64,000 nucleotides of DNA from Selaginella moellendorffii (Eukaryota; Plantae; Lycopodiophyta). The position numbers were made by a program, and so were the translations under genes. A model generated the notes under the pieces. It was given only the letters and a program-made list of their open reading frames with translations. It did not search any database and was not told where the DNA came from. The stretch lies in the NCBI RefSeq assembly GCF_000143415.4, contig NW_003314363.1, forward strand, positions 1 through 64,000, in the 5' to 3' direction. Below are positions 11,972-23,246 of the stretch, one piece after another (positions within the stretch are counted from its first letter, which is position 1; each line of letters starts with the position of its first letter).

Positions 11972-14900
11972 ATGGACTTGCTCCCAGATCTGGATCTATT
12001 TGATACTTCCACTGAACAGGTTTCCTTGGTTCAAGATAAAAAAACCGCCTATTGTTCTCTTTACAGCGGAGAGATGCTGGACTCACAAAAGAAGATGTTG
12101 AGAGATGTATTGTAGATGAAAATGTCGGTGAACTAGACCGTTTGAAGATGTTCCTTTCACCGACAGCTCATCAGGTTTACCCTCCCTAGAAGTGGTGAAA
12201 GGTTGTTGGAAATTTTGCTGCAGCTTCAACAAAGCTGCGCAGTAGCTAAGCTTCCGACAACGTTCCAAGAGTACGGACTACGTGCATATCACGCTCTGAT
12301 TCCCACGATCAACAGTTCCCTGGAGCGGTTCAATGCACAAATGCAAGTGAGTGCTCTAATGATATCTTTGATGCATTGATCGGGCTGAGACACTGTAGGT
12401 CGCAGTAGGAGAGGCGGTGAATAGGATTATTCAAAATGGCACGTTTACAAAAGATGTATGCTCTGCCAGTTCCTCAAACATTCGTCTAAAAACCCATCAC
12501 AGGTAGTGGGAAGACTCCTGCCTATAATAATGACTATGCTGACGTCAACTCGGCCAGATGCTGTTGTGTACGCTTGGCTTGAGGCTCTTTGCTCGTTAGT
12601 GCCTTTTCTACCTCGAAAGGTAGTGTGGAAAAGGTTTCACCATTTTAGACATTTCGTTTTGACAGGTCCTCACTGAAAGTTTGCTAAAATTGGCTCTATC
12701 TAAAGGACAGCCTGACGAGTCGTCGCAGACAAAAATTCTTTGTGCTCGAATATATGGCTCAACCGCACCTTCCTTAGAAGGAAAATATGTCGAACAAACT
12801 TTCCTACAAAAAGCCATGGCACTTTGTCAGGTTTGAAATAGCAGACCAAACGGTAGGGGTACCTCCAGAGCACACTGCCTACTGTGTGCAGGATACGGAT
12901 TCAGAGGTTCGGGTCTGCATGTGTCGACAGCTCTATCCATTGTCACGGACGGTTGGATTGGACACAGCCGAGGTATGTTCGTTGAGCCATTGTATTAAGG
13001 AAGCTACATTTATCTTCTCTGCAGAGGGTCGTGCTGCCAGAGCTTTGTGAACTCCTAAGAGATGAGGAAATTCCTGTCCAACATGCATCACTTAAATGTC
13101 TATTAGAAATGCTGAGCATGTTCCCGCCAGAGACCAAACAGTTGAAGATCTTTCCAATCATTCGTTCGTGCGCACAGCATTTTCATTTCTGGTGTTTGCA
13201 GTTTATTTGTAGCTAGATGCAGGTTTTGTGTGCAGCGGGAATCGGAAATGCTTCTGTCTTTGCTGCCGTTTCTTGGAGAAATCCTGGTGAAGGTGCGACA
13301 CCATCAACATAAAAATCTGCTAAAATAAGAGTTGCAGATGGGACCAGAATTGAAAGAGGAGGATGTGCAGGTTCTTGTGGACTCGTTCAGGTTATTTTGT
13401 AGTCACGAAGATGAGAACATAAGACGAGTAAGCTTAAGTTTCTAAAGCGCGTACGTCTGTATTGACGAAGTTGTCTCCTTTAAGCTCTGTGCATACAATT
13501 TCCCAGCCGTGATGAAGTGCATGGGCCCACGAAAGCATGTGTGGGGATTGCAAGCAATGTATTTGCACCTCTTTCAAGATCCAATGCCCAGAGTTCGCGC
13601 TTCAATCGCGGCATCCTTTCACGAGGTTGAGTTTGTCATGTCTGGTTTTGATTTTGTTTCGACTACCAATTTAGATTACGAAAATGCTGGGAAAGGACAA
13701 GACATCTTTGTATCTGAAGGAACCGTTGATTCTTTTGCTTAAAGATACGTCACGAGAGGTACAAGGGTCCCTGCTACCAATTCTCCAGCATGTTTTAGGT
13801 GAGTAGAAAGATAAAGAGTTTCGTAATTTTTTATGATGCAGGGATATATTGGTTCTTAACAGGGCAGTTCTCAAGTTCGGGTGAGCACCAAAGATTGGCA
13901 ACATATGGTGCAATTATTCCATACTTGTTGCAGATGGAAAAGGCTATTAGTAGCACCCACCAGTGGCGTTTACAACTTGATCTTCTTAATGCGTTTCCTC
14001 AGCTGCCTGTCGGACTTTCGCTGGAGAATTATTTCTAGCTACTGAATCTCATATTGCTTCTGCAGGACTATGTTTCCAGCGACCAAATCTTTGAGTACTT
14101 CGTACCTATTTGCTTTAGATATATGTCGGACGGGGCGTTGCCAGTTAGATCAGCGGCAACGCTATCTCTTGCAATATTTATACGGTGTGTTTTGTTGCAT
14201 GCACAAGAATCCTTGCTCACTAGTTCTTTCTGCAGCCATAATAAACGAACATCCCAGCGTTATGACTTATCACAAAGAGTGATAAAAGACTTCGCAAATG
14301 GGCAAAGCTACTGGTCGCGTTTGGTGTTTATAGAGTTTTGCGAAAGCATGTTGAAGTTCGTCTGCTGTGCTTAAGCCTTGTCATGCGTCATGAAGCTCGG
14401 GGTTTTGCAGGACATCAAGCTCACAAATGTTCAAAGAACACTTTCTTGAATCAGCAATAGTTGTCCTACAGGTCTGCTCTATGATAAACGTGGAACATGG
14501 ATTTATCTCTCGGTACAGGATGCCGTGGCCAGTGTTCGCATGCGAGCGTGCCTACTCATACCTCTGTTAAAAGCAGCCATCAAGCTTCCAGATGATGTCC
14601 AGGCACTAGAGCGAATAAACTTTTTTGCAACACAACGGCTTAATGACAACGATCGCCATGTTGCATCCGTCGCTCGTAGCATTGCGGACTGCCTGAAGCA
14701 CGCGAACATCAGGCTCCCCGGAAACGAGAAGTTCTCGCAGGTGCGGAACACCCTAATAACTCCGTGAATTCATGAACGTAGACGCGCAGGCCGAATTTGA
14801 AGCCATTGACAAGCAAAAGGAAGAAGAGGAGTGGAACATGCTGAGCAAGGAAGAACAAGTAAATTTTTGTTTTATATTTGTATCATTGTGTAGTTGTTTT

Positions 14901-15226
14901 GGCAGGATGAGAAGAGGAAGTTGGATGATGTACTTCATAGGATGAAGCTGGAACCTCACAAAAGGACCGGACATGCCACCGGTACGTCCACGGCGCGAAT
15001 GCCCTCCAAAGTCACTGGCAGTCCCAGTGTCAAAGTAAAAGCTGCTGCACCTGGAGTGTTGAGCTCGGGCGGCAAGCAGAAATCTCCTCCTGCTGCCACC
15101 GCTCCTGGCTCGGTCAAAGCGCCCAACTCAGCGAGACTAGAGTCGGAATCCGAGTCGAGTGACGTCTCCTCTCTACCACAAGCGCGGCCTCAAAGCAAGG
15201 CCAAAGCTGGGGTAAGGAGAAGCTGA
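11972..15226 (+). CDS. PPP4R4: Protein phosphatase 4 regulatory subunit 4-like HEAT-repeat protein (multi-exon)
   Basis: LTKEDVERCIVDENVGELDR, AMALCQDTDSEVRVCMCRQL, VVLPELCELLRDEE, LCAYNFPAV, RVRASIAASFHE and QWRLQLDLL resemble animal PPP4R4 motifs; many short GT-AG introns. Confidence 0.75.
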
Positions 15227-15325
15227 AAATCGAACGGTCATAATACTATCATGACCGTTGACTATTTAGTAGCTTACTAGCTAAGCCTAAACCGGTGCGC
15301 CTCTAGCTAGGGTTATGCGACTGCA

Positions 15326-15565
15326 ATGATTCAGTGGAAACGAACGCTTCGTAAAGTGCCTGGCATTAGAGGCCTAGCAAGTAGAGTGGGAGGAGACGCT
15401 ATAAATCATCCAAGTGCTTCTTCCAGCTCGGAGGACAGTGCCCTGCAAAGAGCTTGGGATGCTGTGGTTGACACCTGGAACTTCATTACCCGGAAGGCTA
15501 GGTATGCATTGCGGGGAGGGAGATTTCTTGTGAGCGGCGGGCGGCTTTTGAGAGGATTCTTCTAG
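15326..15565 (+). other. 79-aa upstream ORF ending ~60 nt before the F-box start (candidate uORF/small protein)
   Basis: ATG-initiated ORF just after a telo-box-like CTAGGGTT at ~15307. No homology recognised. Confidence 0.3.
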
Positions 15566-15624
15566 GAGCGACACAAATGGCCTGTGTGTTTCCTCCTTTC
15601 TTTCATCATCATTGATGAAGAGCT

Positions 15625-17568
15625 ATGGGAGACGCGTCGGATCCCTTTGACAAGCTTCCAGATGAGGTCTACCAGCTCATCTTCCACGCGATCTGTGACT
15701 GCAAAAGCCTGGTACGCTGCATGGCAGTTTCCAGAGCATTCAAAGAACAATCCGAGCGTGTCTCGACCCTCTGCATCGTTTGCCCGGGCCAATTCACATC
15801 TTATGTTGATAAGCTGCAGCGGATTTTCATGATGGTGAGACGATTCCACAGCTTGGAAGCTCTCGTTGTTAGAGTTGGGCAACCGAAAGACGAGCCTCCC
15901 TCGTGGGCGAGGTGCATGAGATATGCAGAAATTGGATCGTCCGTGGAGAAGTTTATCTTCATGGCGGCCAAAATTGGCGAGTTTTCGGAGTTTGATTCAG
16001 CCTTGCGGGGTCACCCTGTTCACAGAAAAGAGCGGGAGAGCTCGTCAGAAGGCGAAGGTGAGGCCGTTAGGATGGACAGAGACAGCGTGACGAGCGGCGG
16101 GAACAGCTCGACAACTCGCAGTCCTTTGGACGAGGAGGAAAAGGAAGATGAGGATTGCTCTTGGCCGTTGTCTGACGAGCAGATTTATCCGCAGTTGATC
16201 CTGAGGCAGGTTGTGGCTCCCAGCAACGACGTGCTGAAGAGGATGGTGCCCGTTATAGTATTTGCTATTGTGCAAGGACTGGATGAGTTTCGTGATTCAG
16301 TGCCAGCATTTATTCACAAGTTTAAGAAGCTCAAAATGTTTCTACTTGTGGACATGCTAGAAAGTGTGACGGTTCTCATGCGCGAACACCAGATTCAGCA
16401 AATTAGAATACGGCAGCAACAAATGGACGACAGTAAGGACGTAAAAGGCAAGAGTGTGAATGCGGGTGAGGAGTGTAGCAGCGACTTGATGCAGAAAGGA
16501 AAGGAGTGGCTTGAAAGCGACGAAAACAGAGGTTGCAGCTCACGCCGTAAACAAGATCAAGGGGAGAGCTCAGGAAGCCAAGGAAATTATGAGGACGAAG
16601 ACGATAACGAGGAGGAGCTGAGTCACAGTTCCGAGGGCTGTGCCACGACCCTGGAAGGAGGAGATAACCAGAGGACTCCCTTTGACGGCGCATCGGAGAC
16701 GTGGAGAAACTGCAAAGGGATTTGCATTCATGGACCGGGCGATAGCAGGGGCGAGCTCGCTTTCAAGTATCCATTTAAGCGAACTGGTAGAGGGACCAGA
16801 GGCAACAAGTCTGTTCGAACTGGGAGCTACCGTAGGCGAGAACGCAGTGCAGAATGGATGGATGAAAGCGTGAGGAGGCGGCAAGAAAACAGACACTACA
16901 AAGGGCTCAGTTTAAGGAGGAGAGAAGAAAGCAGAGCGTTCAAGACGTGGAAGCTTGGGAAAAGAGAGCGAGAAAATGGTGACGGCGACGGGAGTTACAG
17001 CGCTCAAAGTGTACTGGAGTCTTCCTGTGCATCGTCTTCTTCCCACGCTGACAGTGGAAGCTACGCTTCTGGAGAGACTTCGGACGGGGTTAGCGCTTCC
17101 TTGGATCATCCTTTAGCGTCTTCATGTCCTGCCGAAGGGGCGACGCCGGATTATCACATGGGAGAGAGGTTATCACACGGGAACATGGAGGCATGGAGTG
17201 AAACGTGGAAGGAGAGACTAGGACGCAGAGCTCGTGAGCTTCCGAGGGAGATGGGGGGCAATGAGAGTGCTACGGATGTCGGCAGGGAAGCCTTGAGACG
17301 TGAGAGGCTACGGGAGGGCGTTCGGAAGAGGCAAATGGAAATTGAAAGAGAAGCGCTGAGGTTTGATATCACGTTCTGGAGAGCTGATGAGGTTGTTGCT
17401 CGCAGCAACTACAGCCTCACGGACGTTTCAATGTGCATTGCAACACATGACGCTAGCCCACTGTCCATCTCCGAATTGAGGACTCTAGTGTGCTCAGCCC
17501 TTGCTGGCCCGCTCCTAGCCGCCACCATTGCTCATGTAAATGAACAAGCAAGTTTCCATAACTTGTAA
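15625..17568 (+). CDS. Intronless F-box protein (AUF1/At5g46170-like N-terminus) with long low-complexity insertion
   Basis: N-terminal DPFDKLPDEVYQLIFHAICDCKSLVRCMAVSRAF F-box; 647-aa ORF. Confidence 0.8.
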   Translation: MGDASDPFDKLPDEVYQLIFHAICDCKSLVRCMAVSRAFKEQSERVSTLCIVCPGQFTSYVDKLQRIFMMVRRFHSLEALVVRVGQPKDEPPSWARCMRYAEIGSSVEKFIFMAAKIGEFSEFDSALRGHPVHRKERESSSEGEGEAVRMDRDSVTSGGNSSTTRSPLDEEEKEDEDCSWPLSDEQIYPQLILRQVVAPSNDVLKRMVPVIVFAIVQGLDEFRDSVPAFIHKFKKLKMFLLVDMLESVTVLMREHQIQQIRIRQQQMDDSKDVKGKSVNAGEECSSDLMQKGKEWLESDENRGCSSRRKQDQGESSGSQGNYEDEDDNEEELSHSSEGCATTLEGGDNQRTPFDGASETWRNCKGICIHGPGDSRGELAFKYPFKRTGRGTRGNKSVRTGSYRRRERSAEWMDESVRRRQENRHYKGLSLRRREESRAFKTWKLGKRERENGDGDGSYSAQSVLESSCASSSSHADSGSYASGETSDGVSASLDHPLASSCPAEGATPDYHMGERLSHGNMEAWSETWKERLGRRARELPREMGGNESATDVGREALRRERLREGVRKRQMEIEREALRFDITFWRADEVVARSNYSLTDVSMCIATHDASPLSISELRTLVCSALAGPLLAATIAHVNEQASFHNL

Positions 17569-17622
17569 TACTTTAAAAATCTGTCCTCAAAAATGAAATG
17601 ATAAACACGTGAGGACCTACGT

Positions 17623-19144
17623 TCAGCTGCCATAGTAAACGTAGCCGCTGCTGTATTGTGATCCGTAAGCACTGGGACTGTAGCTCATTCCCGACGCGTA
17701 CAGGGTGTTTTGAGTTGTATAACTGTAGTCGGAGGTGGTGCAAGTGGTTGCTGCAGTTGTTCCTGCAGCTCCTGCCATGAAATTCTAGAGAAGAGAAAGC
17801 ACGAGAGGCGTGGAATCTCAGTGACAACCTCAACGAACCTGAAGCAACTGTTGTGCTGTTTGAACTTGAGTCGACTGCCCGTGCACTTCGATTGTCATCT
17901 CTCCTGGGGCATTGGGAGTCTCTTGTATGCTAATGGTTGCTCCACTTGTCCGCCGCATGTAGTTGATATTGGCCCCGGCAGTTCCAATGATTGCATCTGC
18001 GTACAAGAGGGGGACCTGGAGCTGCTGACTCACAGACTACGATTGAACAAAAGGCTTTGTGAGCAAGCGAAAGCTATAAGTTGTTTACCTCAGCAGGTGG
18101 TGCTGGCGTGGTGCTTGTTACATCCACCCGACCAGGATCACCACCATACATGGAGACAGCATAATGTTGGCTTTGCGCCTGATCCGCATAGTAGTCGGTT
18201 GACGAGTAAGGTGTGGTAGCAGCGACTGTGGGGGTAGCCCATGAAGTAGCAATAGCAGCAGCTTGCTGTCCTTGTACTTGGCTCGACATAGCGCGCTGTA
18301 ATTCACCGTTATGAACTTTGTATCCAATGGATCTGGATCCAGCAAAACTCACATTGAACTCAAACAGCTGGAGCACGGATCGGTCCACGAGAAACTTGCG
18401 CAAATGAGAGACCACAAGCTCCATGGCTTTCTGCACCTTCAAGATTTCGCCTTGGACTTCCACCATCCTGTCGTCCGCTAACGCACAAAGTGGGAGCTCC
18501 TCTGAGACAACAAGGGTTAACAGCACGTAGCACAAAAGGGCACGAACCAACTGGCATGATTCGGACTGTAGCACCCGAGGTCTCCTGTATGGACCTGATT
18601 GTCGCACCTTGTCTTCCAATCAGGCTACCAGCTTGTGTAGCGGTGACGAGAAGGCGAGACTGAACGAGGCCCGAGGGCAAAATGATGTGCTCAACAGGTT
18701 CACCATCGCCACTGGAGCCCTCTGTAACTCGCCGATGGACCCGGAGTAGGCCGTCCATTGCGGGTGAGATAGTTGCTTCGGGATCCTCCTTGGCAGAAAC
18801 GAGCACCTGCACAAGTTGCATTGCATGGCTGGATGCCAAAACTTGCAAAGGCTACGTACGATGCGCTCTAGCGTTCCTGGTACACCGTCGAGAATTTTGA
18901 TGCGCGACCTTGTTTCCTCGCACATTCTCTTGACGAACTCGCCCTTGCGCCCAATAATTGCACCAACCTTGTGAAGAGGGACAATGAGCCTAAAGACATT
19001 ATCCCCTGGCCAGCCGGGCCATTTTCTCTCTCCCGGGGGCGTTTCCTCCTGGGAGCCAGCGACGGTGCTTGGTAGAGTTACACTGGCAGGGTCCTCTAAG
19101 TGTAGGAGGTCGACCGGCTCTCCGATAATCACCGAGCACGCCAT
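17623..19144 (-). CDS. FLK: Triple-KH RNA-binding protein, FLK/PEPPER-like
   Basis: [38 protein letters not shown]; [11 protein letters not shown]; [23 protein letters not shown]. Confidence 0.85.
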
Positions 19145-19347
19145 TCAGGCGCTCTAGCGAACTCGACAAGAGGAAATGGGAAGAAGTGGCAAACCATGAA
19201 CAGTGCTATGCCGCCGGAGGCGCTCCATACTTTGCCCTCAAAACCTGGAGCACACACAACTAACTTGTGCCACGCGAATATTCCCAGATCTTCATGTGTT
19301 TTTTAAAAGAGACAATATCCACACCAGACAAGTCAGGACATGCCGGA

Positions 19348-21036
19348 TCAGATGCCCAACCGGCAGTTGAGGTACCACAGATGCCATGCCAGCCCCACCA
19401 GCATTGCAAGATTTGCAGCAGAGCTGCAGAAGTGCAGCGCCCGGACCCTTGTCATCACGTCCCCCAGCTGCGTCCTCCTGGCGTGATCGTCCACACCACT
19501 TCCTCCTCCTCGTTCTCCAGGGCCGGGATCCAAAGCTCTGCCTTCCTCCTTCTCTATCCGTACTTTGTCAAACACACACTGCAGAAACAAGGACAGGCTT
19601 AGCGCACAATTTGCAACAGTGGAGGCGCCCACCTTTGTCAGCCGTGGTTCCAGCAGGAAAGTGTTGAGCAGTGTCACAACCAGGCACCCCGCAAGGTTGT
19701 AGCACTGCAGCAGCTCCGACAGGTGGGCACCTGGCGGCGAGTGCAGCAGTATGTGCGTTGCAAGGAGAAGAGCAATCCCCGACCCAACAATCCTGAAGTA
19801 GACGGGGAAAATCTTACTCTGCACCAGGGCGAACTGGTGGCGGGATATGTTGTTGGAGAGCACGAATCCAGAGATGAAAGTCACCCACAGTGCACTGCCA
19901 AACGTGGACGAGAAGAGGAACAAGTGCATCAGGCGAACGAAGGTGGCCACCGACTTATGGACCCACTGCTTGCAAATCCGGAGTGCCATCTCTTCAGACT
20001 GGTTGAGCTTGGCCATCTTATCGTGAGCCCATGCACCGGCCTGATTCCACGTTCGATTCACCTTCTCCCGCGCGCTGTTGCCCCACCTTGCCGCTTCTTC
20101 TTCAGCCTCGTGCACTTTGAGACAGAGCTTGTTCTTCTCGTCCACAACGGCGTCCTTGCCGCTCTGTATTGTGCTCATGCCGTAGTTGAAGACTGCCTCC
20201 CGTCCAGCATTGAGCTTGAGCCTCACCACGTCGACAATGTGTCCCAACTTCTCCTTTTGGTTTTCCAAGCTTTCCAAGGACGCCTGCTTGGCCTTGTCAT
20301 AGTAGGCCTCAACTCGACGCTTGGAGGAATCGAGCGACCTTCCCAGCTGCTGCTCCTTGTTGCTGAGCGCGTCGAGCACAGCGGCCTTGGTCACGTCGTA
20401 GTAGTCGCGAACCTTTCCCCTTGCCATTTCCAGGCTGGGATGCTCTTCGTGCGGCTCTAGCTCTGGAAGTTGGTTCCGGAGAAGCCCAAGCCCTTCTGTT
20501 GCTTTGTCCATTGCATCTCTGGCCGAGCTCCTTGCACCTTCGAGGTAGTCCTCCAACTTCTTGAGGTCTTGGTCCTCCGGCGTACCGTGGGAGGCGTCGT
20601 AGAAGCCAATGCCTTGGCCCAAGTTGGGCTGGTAGTGCGCAGCCTCCTGAACCCTCTCCGTGACAGCTCTCGCCAGCTTACTGCCCAGAGATTGCTGCTC
20701 CTCAACGGCTTGATGTGCTACATCGCCGGCGGAGCTCAAGGACTCGCCGAGCCTGTCTCGTGCACTGGCCGCTGACTCTGCGCCTCTGCTTGCGCCCTCG
20801 CTCACATAATCCGACAGCCTGTCCCGAGCCTCTGAAGCTGCGTCTTGGCCGCGCTTGGCCGCAGACAAGAGCTTGCCACTGTAATCCTCCTCCGCGAGTT
20901 TGTTGGTGGCCGAGACGCTATGGGCCTCCACAACAATCACGTCCTTGTTCATCTTGCGCACCGTAGGCTCCGGGGACAGAAACATGACGGCACCCAGAGA
21001 CGAGAGTAACACACACAAGGCTCTAACATTCATCAT
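19348..21036 (-). CDS. LEA-like helical protein with C-terminal TMEM205/DUF4149 membrane domain
   Basis: Signal-like N-terminus, amphipathic A/E/K/R-rich repeats, then HLFLFSSTFGSALWVTFISGFVL...RHQFALVQSKIFPVYF. Contains a small in-frame intron at ~19580-19630. Confidence 0.8.
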   Translation of the reverse strand: MMNVRALCVLLSSLGAVMFLSPEPTVRKMNKDVIVVEAHSVSATNKLAEEDYSGKLLSAAKRGQDAASEARDRLSDYVSEGASRGAESAASARDRLGESLSSAGDVAHQAVEEQQSLGSKLARAVTERVQEAAHYQPNLGQGIGFYDASHGTPEDQDLKKLEDYLEGARSSARDAMDKATEGLGLLRNQLPELEPHEEHPSLEMARGKVRDYYDVTKAAVLDALSNKEQQLGRSLDSSKRRVEAYYDKAKQASLESLENQKEKLGHIVDVVRLKLNAGREAVFNYGMSTIQSGKDAVVDEKNKLCLKVHEAEEEAARWGNSAREKVNRTWNQAGAWAHDKMAKLNQSEEMALRICKQWVHKSVATFVRLMHLFLFSSTFGSALWVTFISGFVLSNNISRHQFALVQSKIFPVYFRIVGSGIALLLATHILLHSPPGAHLSELLQCYNLAGCLVVTLLNTFLLEPRLTKVGASTVANCALSLSLFLQCVFDKVRIEKEEGRALDPGPGERGGGSGVDDHARRTQLGDVMTRVRALHFCSSAANLAMLVGLAWHLWYLNCRLGI

Positions 21037-21189
21037 GGCTACACACTATACCTCTTATCTCTTTTGTTGGACGACGACAACGACGACGCCGATGCCTGCC
21101 TGGGTCTTGTTCTTCTTGTTCTTGTTCTTGCTCGACCTAGAACAAAGTAGTAGAACCCCGCGCTGCTTGTGCGTGACAAGTGGCATAGG

Positions 21190-21196
21190 ACGTGGC
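21190..21196. promoter_or_regulatory. ABRE-like element (ACGTGGC) upstream of the LEA-like gene
   Basis: ACGTGGC lies ~150 bp upstream of the LEA ATG, in the divergent LEA/MYB intergenic region. Confidence 0.35.
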
Positions 21197-21501
21197 AACA
21201 GGAGAAGTGGCTACAGCCTTTGTTTTCCTTTATTATAGAAACAAGGGGCAAAAAGGAAAAGGCAAGAAAGGTGGTATTCACAATTATAATATATTTTCCC
21301 CTTTCCAGCTCAACGAACACCTCCATGTATTTAGCCCCAAGTTAGCGGAATTGAGTCAAGCAGCAGATCTCGCTGTGCCGCGACCAAACGCCCTCCCTCG
21401 CTTCAATTGCCCATTGCCGCCGCCTCCTAATCCCCTCCTCCTCCGGTGCTCGATGCTGCGACAGGTCAATTGTGTTGCAGCCGCGGCAGATTGTGTCAAG
21501 G

Positions 21502-22871
21502 ATGGGCCGCCACTCGTGTTGCCAGAAGCAGAAGCTCAAGAAAGGATTGTGGTCGCCAGAGGAGGATGAGAAGCTGGTGAGGTACATTACCAAGTATGGC
21601 CACGGCTGCTGGAGTGCGGTGCCAAAGCAAGCAGGTGCTCTTGTGAAACTGGAGAGAGAGAGAGAAAGAGAGAGGCATTGACAAAATCTGGTTTCATGGT
21701 GGCTTGGCTTCCAGGGCTTCAGCGATGCGGGAAGAGCTGCCGGCTGAGATGGATCAACTACCTCAGGCCCGATCTGAAGCGAGGTGTCTTCTCCGCAACC
21801 GAGGAGAAGCTCATCATTGAGCTCCATGCTGTCCTCGGTAACAGGTGGTGCACCTTTCTCTTCCTAGTATGCATGCATATATGCCAATTCGTTGCTCATT
21901 ACGAGCGTTGCCACAGATGGTCTCAAATCGCCACACAGTTGCCCGGGAGAACAGACAACGAGATAAAAAACTACTGGAACACGTGCATCAAGAAGAAGCT
22001 CAAGCAAATTGGCATCGATCCCAACACGCACAGGCCGCTGGATGAAGCGGGGCTGGCGGTGGCATCTACAGGTTCCGCATCGCCAGCCGCAAGCATGGAC
22101 ATGAACGTGAGTGTCGAGTGTAATTTGCATCACAGAACGACGACCTTGTACCCTTGCGCGTTTGAGGACATTCTTTTCAACCCCACTTGCACTACTCGAT
22201 CCATTGGTGTTGGACGCCACCACCTGCTCAAGCTCCAAGCTCTCGAGGGAAGCAGCAGCAGCAGCAGCAGCAGTAGCAGCAGCAGCAGCAACATTCACTT
22301 GACGGATTCTCTGGTGGAGAAATTCCTGGCGAGTGGGCTTGATCACACCAGGCAGCCATCTGCATCTTCCTACAGCTGTTACGACTCTGCGCTCATTTCC
22401 TCGTCCTACGACAACGAGCTGCACATGTTGCAAGGGCATGGGCCGGGGGATCAACGCCAGCCAGACCCATGTCTCTTCTCCTTCCTTGCAGCGGCTGAGG
22501 AAGGATTTGGGATGGTCAGTAGCAGGGGGGGGCTGGCGTACTACGGCGACTCTTTCAACTCCGGGGAAGCAGTAGCTGCTGCAGCAGCAGGAGCTGGCAG
22601 CAACACGGCGAGCAGCAGTAGCGCTACAGCCACGGGGGGCGAGGAGGTGGAAGCGGATGAGCACAGTAATGTGGTCCAGTGGTGTGAGCTAATGCCGGTG
22701 TCGTTCGCGGTGCACGAGTTTGAAAAATGTCATGATCAGGAGGTGGCGTTGAAACAAGAGGATCCGGGGCAGAGCCTGTGCTGGTCACAGCAAGCTGCAA
22801 TGGGCATCGGCGTGGGCATGTGCATGTCTCCGGAACTGGAGCGGATTGCAGCGGTCATCGATGAGATGTAG
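21502..22871 (+). CDS. R2R3-MYB transcription factor (MYB61/MYB86-like), 3 exons
   Basis: [25 protein letters not shown]...[23 protein letters not shown]...[22 protein letters not shown]...[10 protein letters not shown]; poly-Ser (AGC)n ~22251-22290. Confidence 0.92.
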
Positions 22872-23246
22872 TCCCATCTCCTGTGGTGTGTGTCTGTGTG
22901 GGTGGTGTGTGCGTGTGTGTGTTTGTATTTTTGGTACCTAAAGTCTATAGAAAGTGTGACAATGATACGAGGAATGTTGACCTGGCCGCAGGAATAGGAT
23001 GTTGCCGTCCCTGACTGCAGCCCAACAAGCCAAATCCGCGAGAATGTTGGCATGATGGTGGCGCTAACAGAGGCGGGATCCTTGTTTGTTGCCGTGCAGT
23101 GGAATGGACGGATGGGGCAAGGACGTGACAAGCCCCTCTTTGTTGTTTCTTGTGTCGCGCCCAGCAAGCAAAACAATGCGAGGAGCGACTTCCTAAGCTC
23201 CCGACCTCGCTTGTTCCGTGCCTCACGCTTTGGGCAGGGCTGAATC

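Noticed and set aside
22970-22992. GGAATGTTGACCTGGCCGCAGG resembles the miR166 star strand
   Set aside because: No mature miR166-like complementary arm nearby, so no hairpin.
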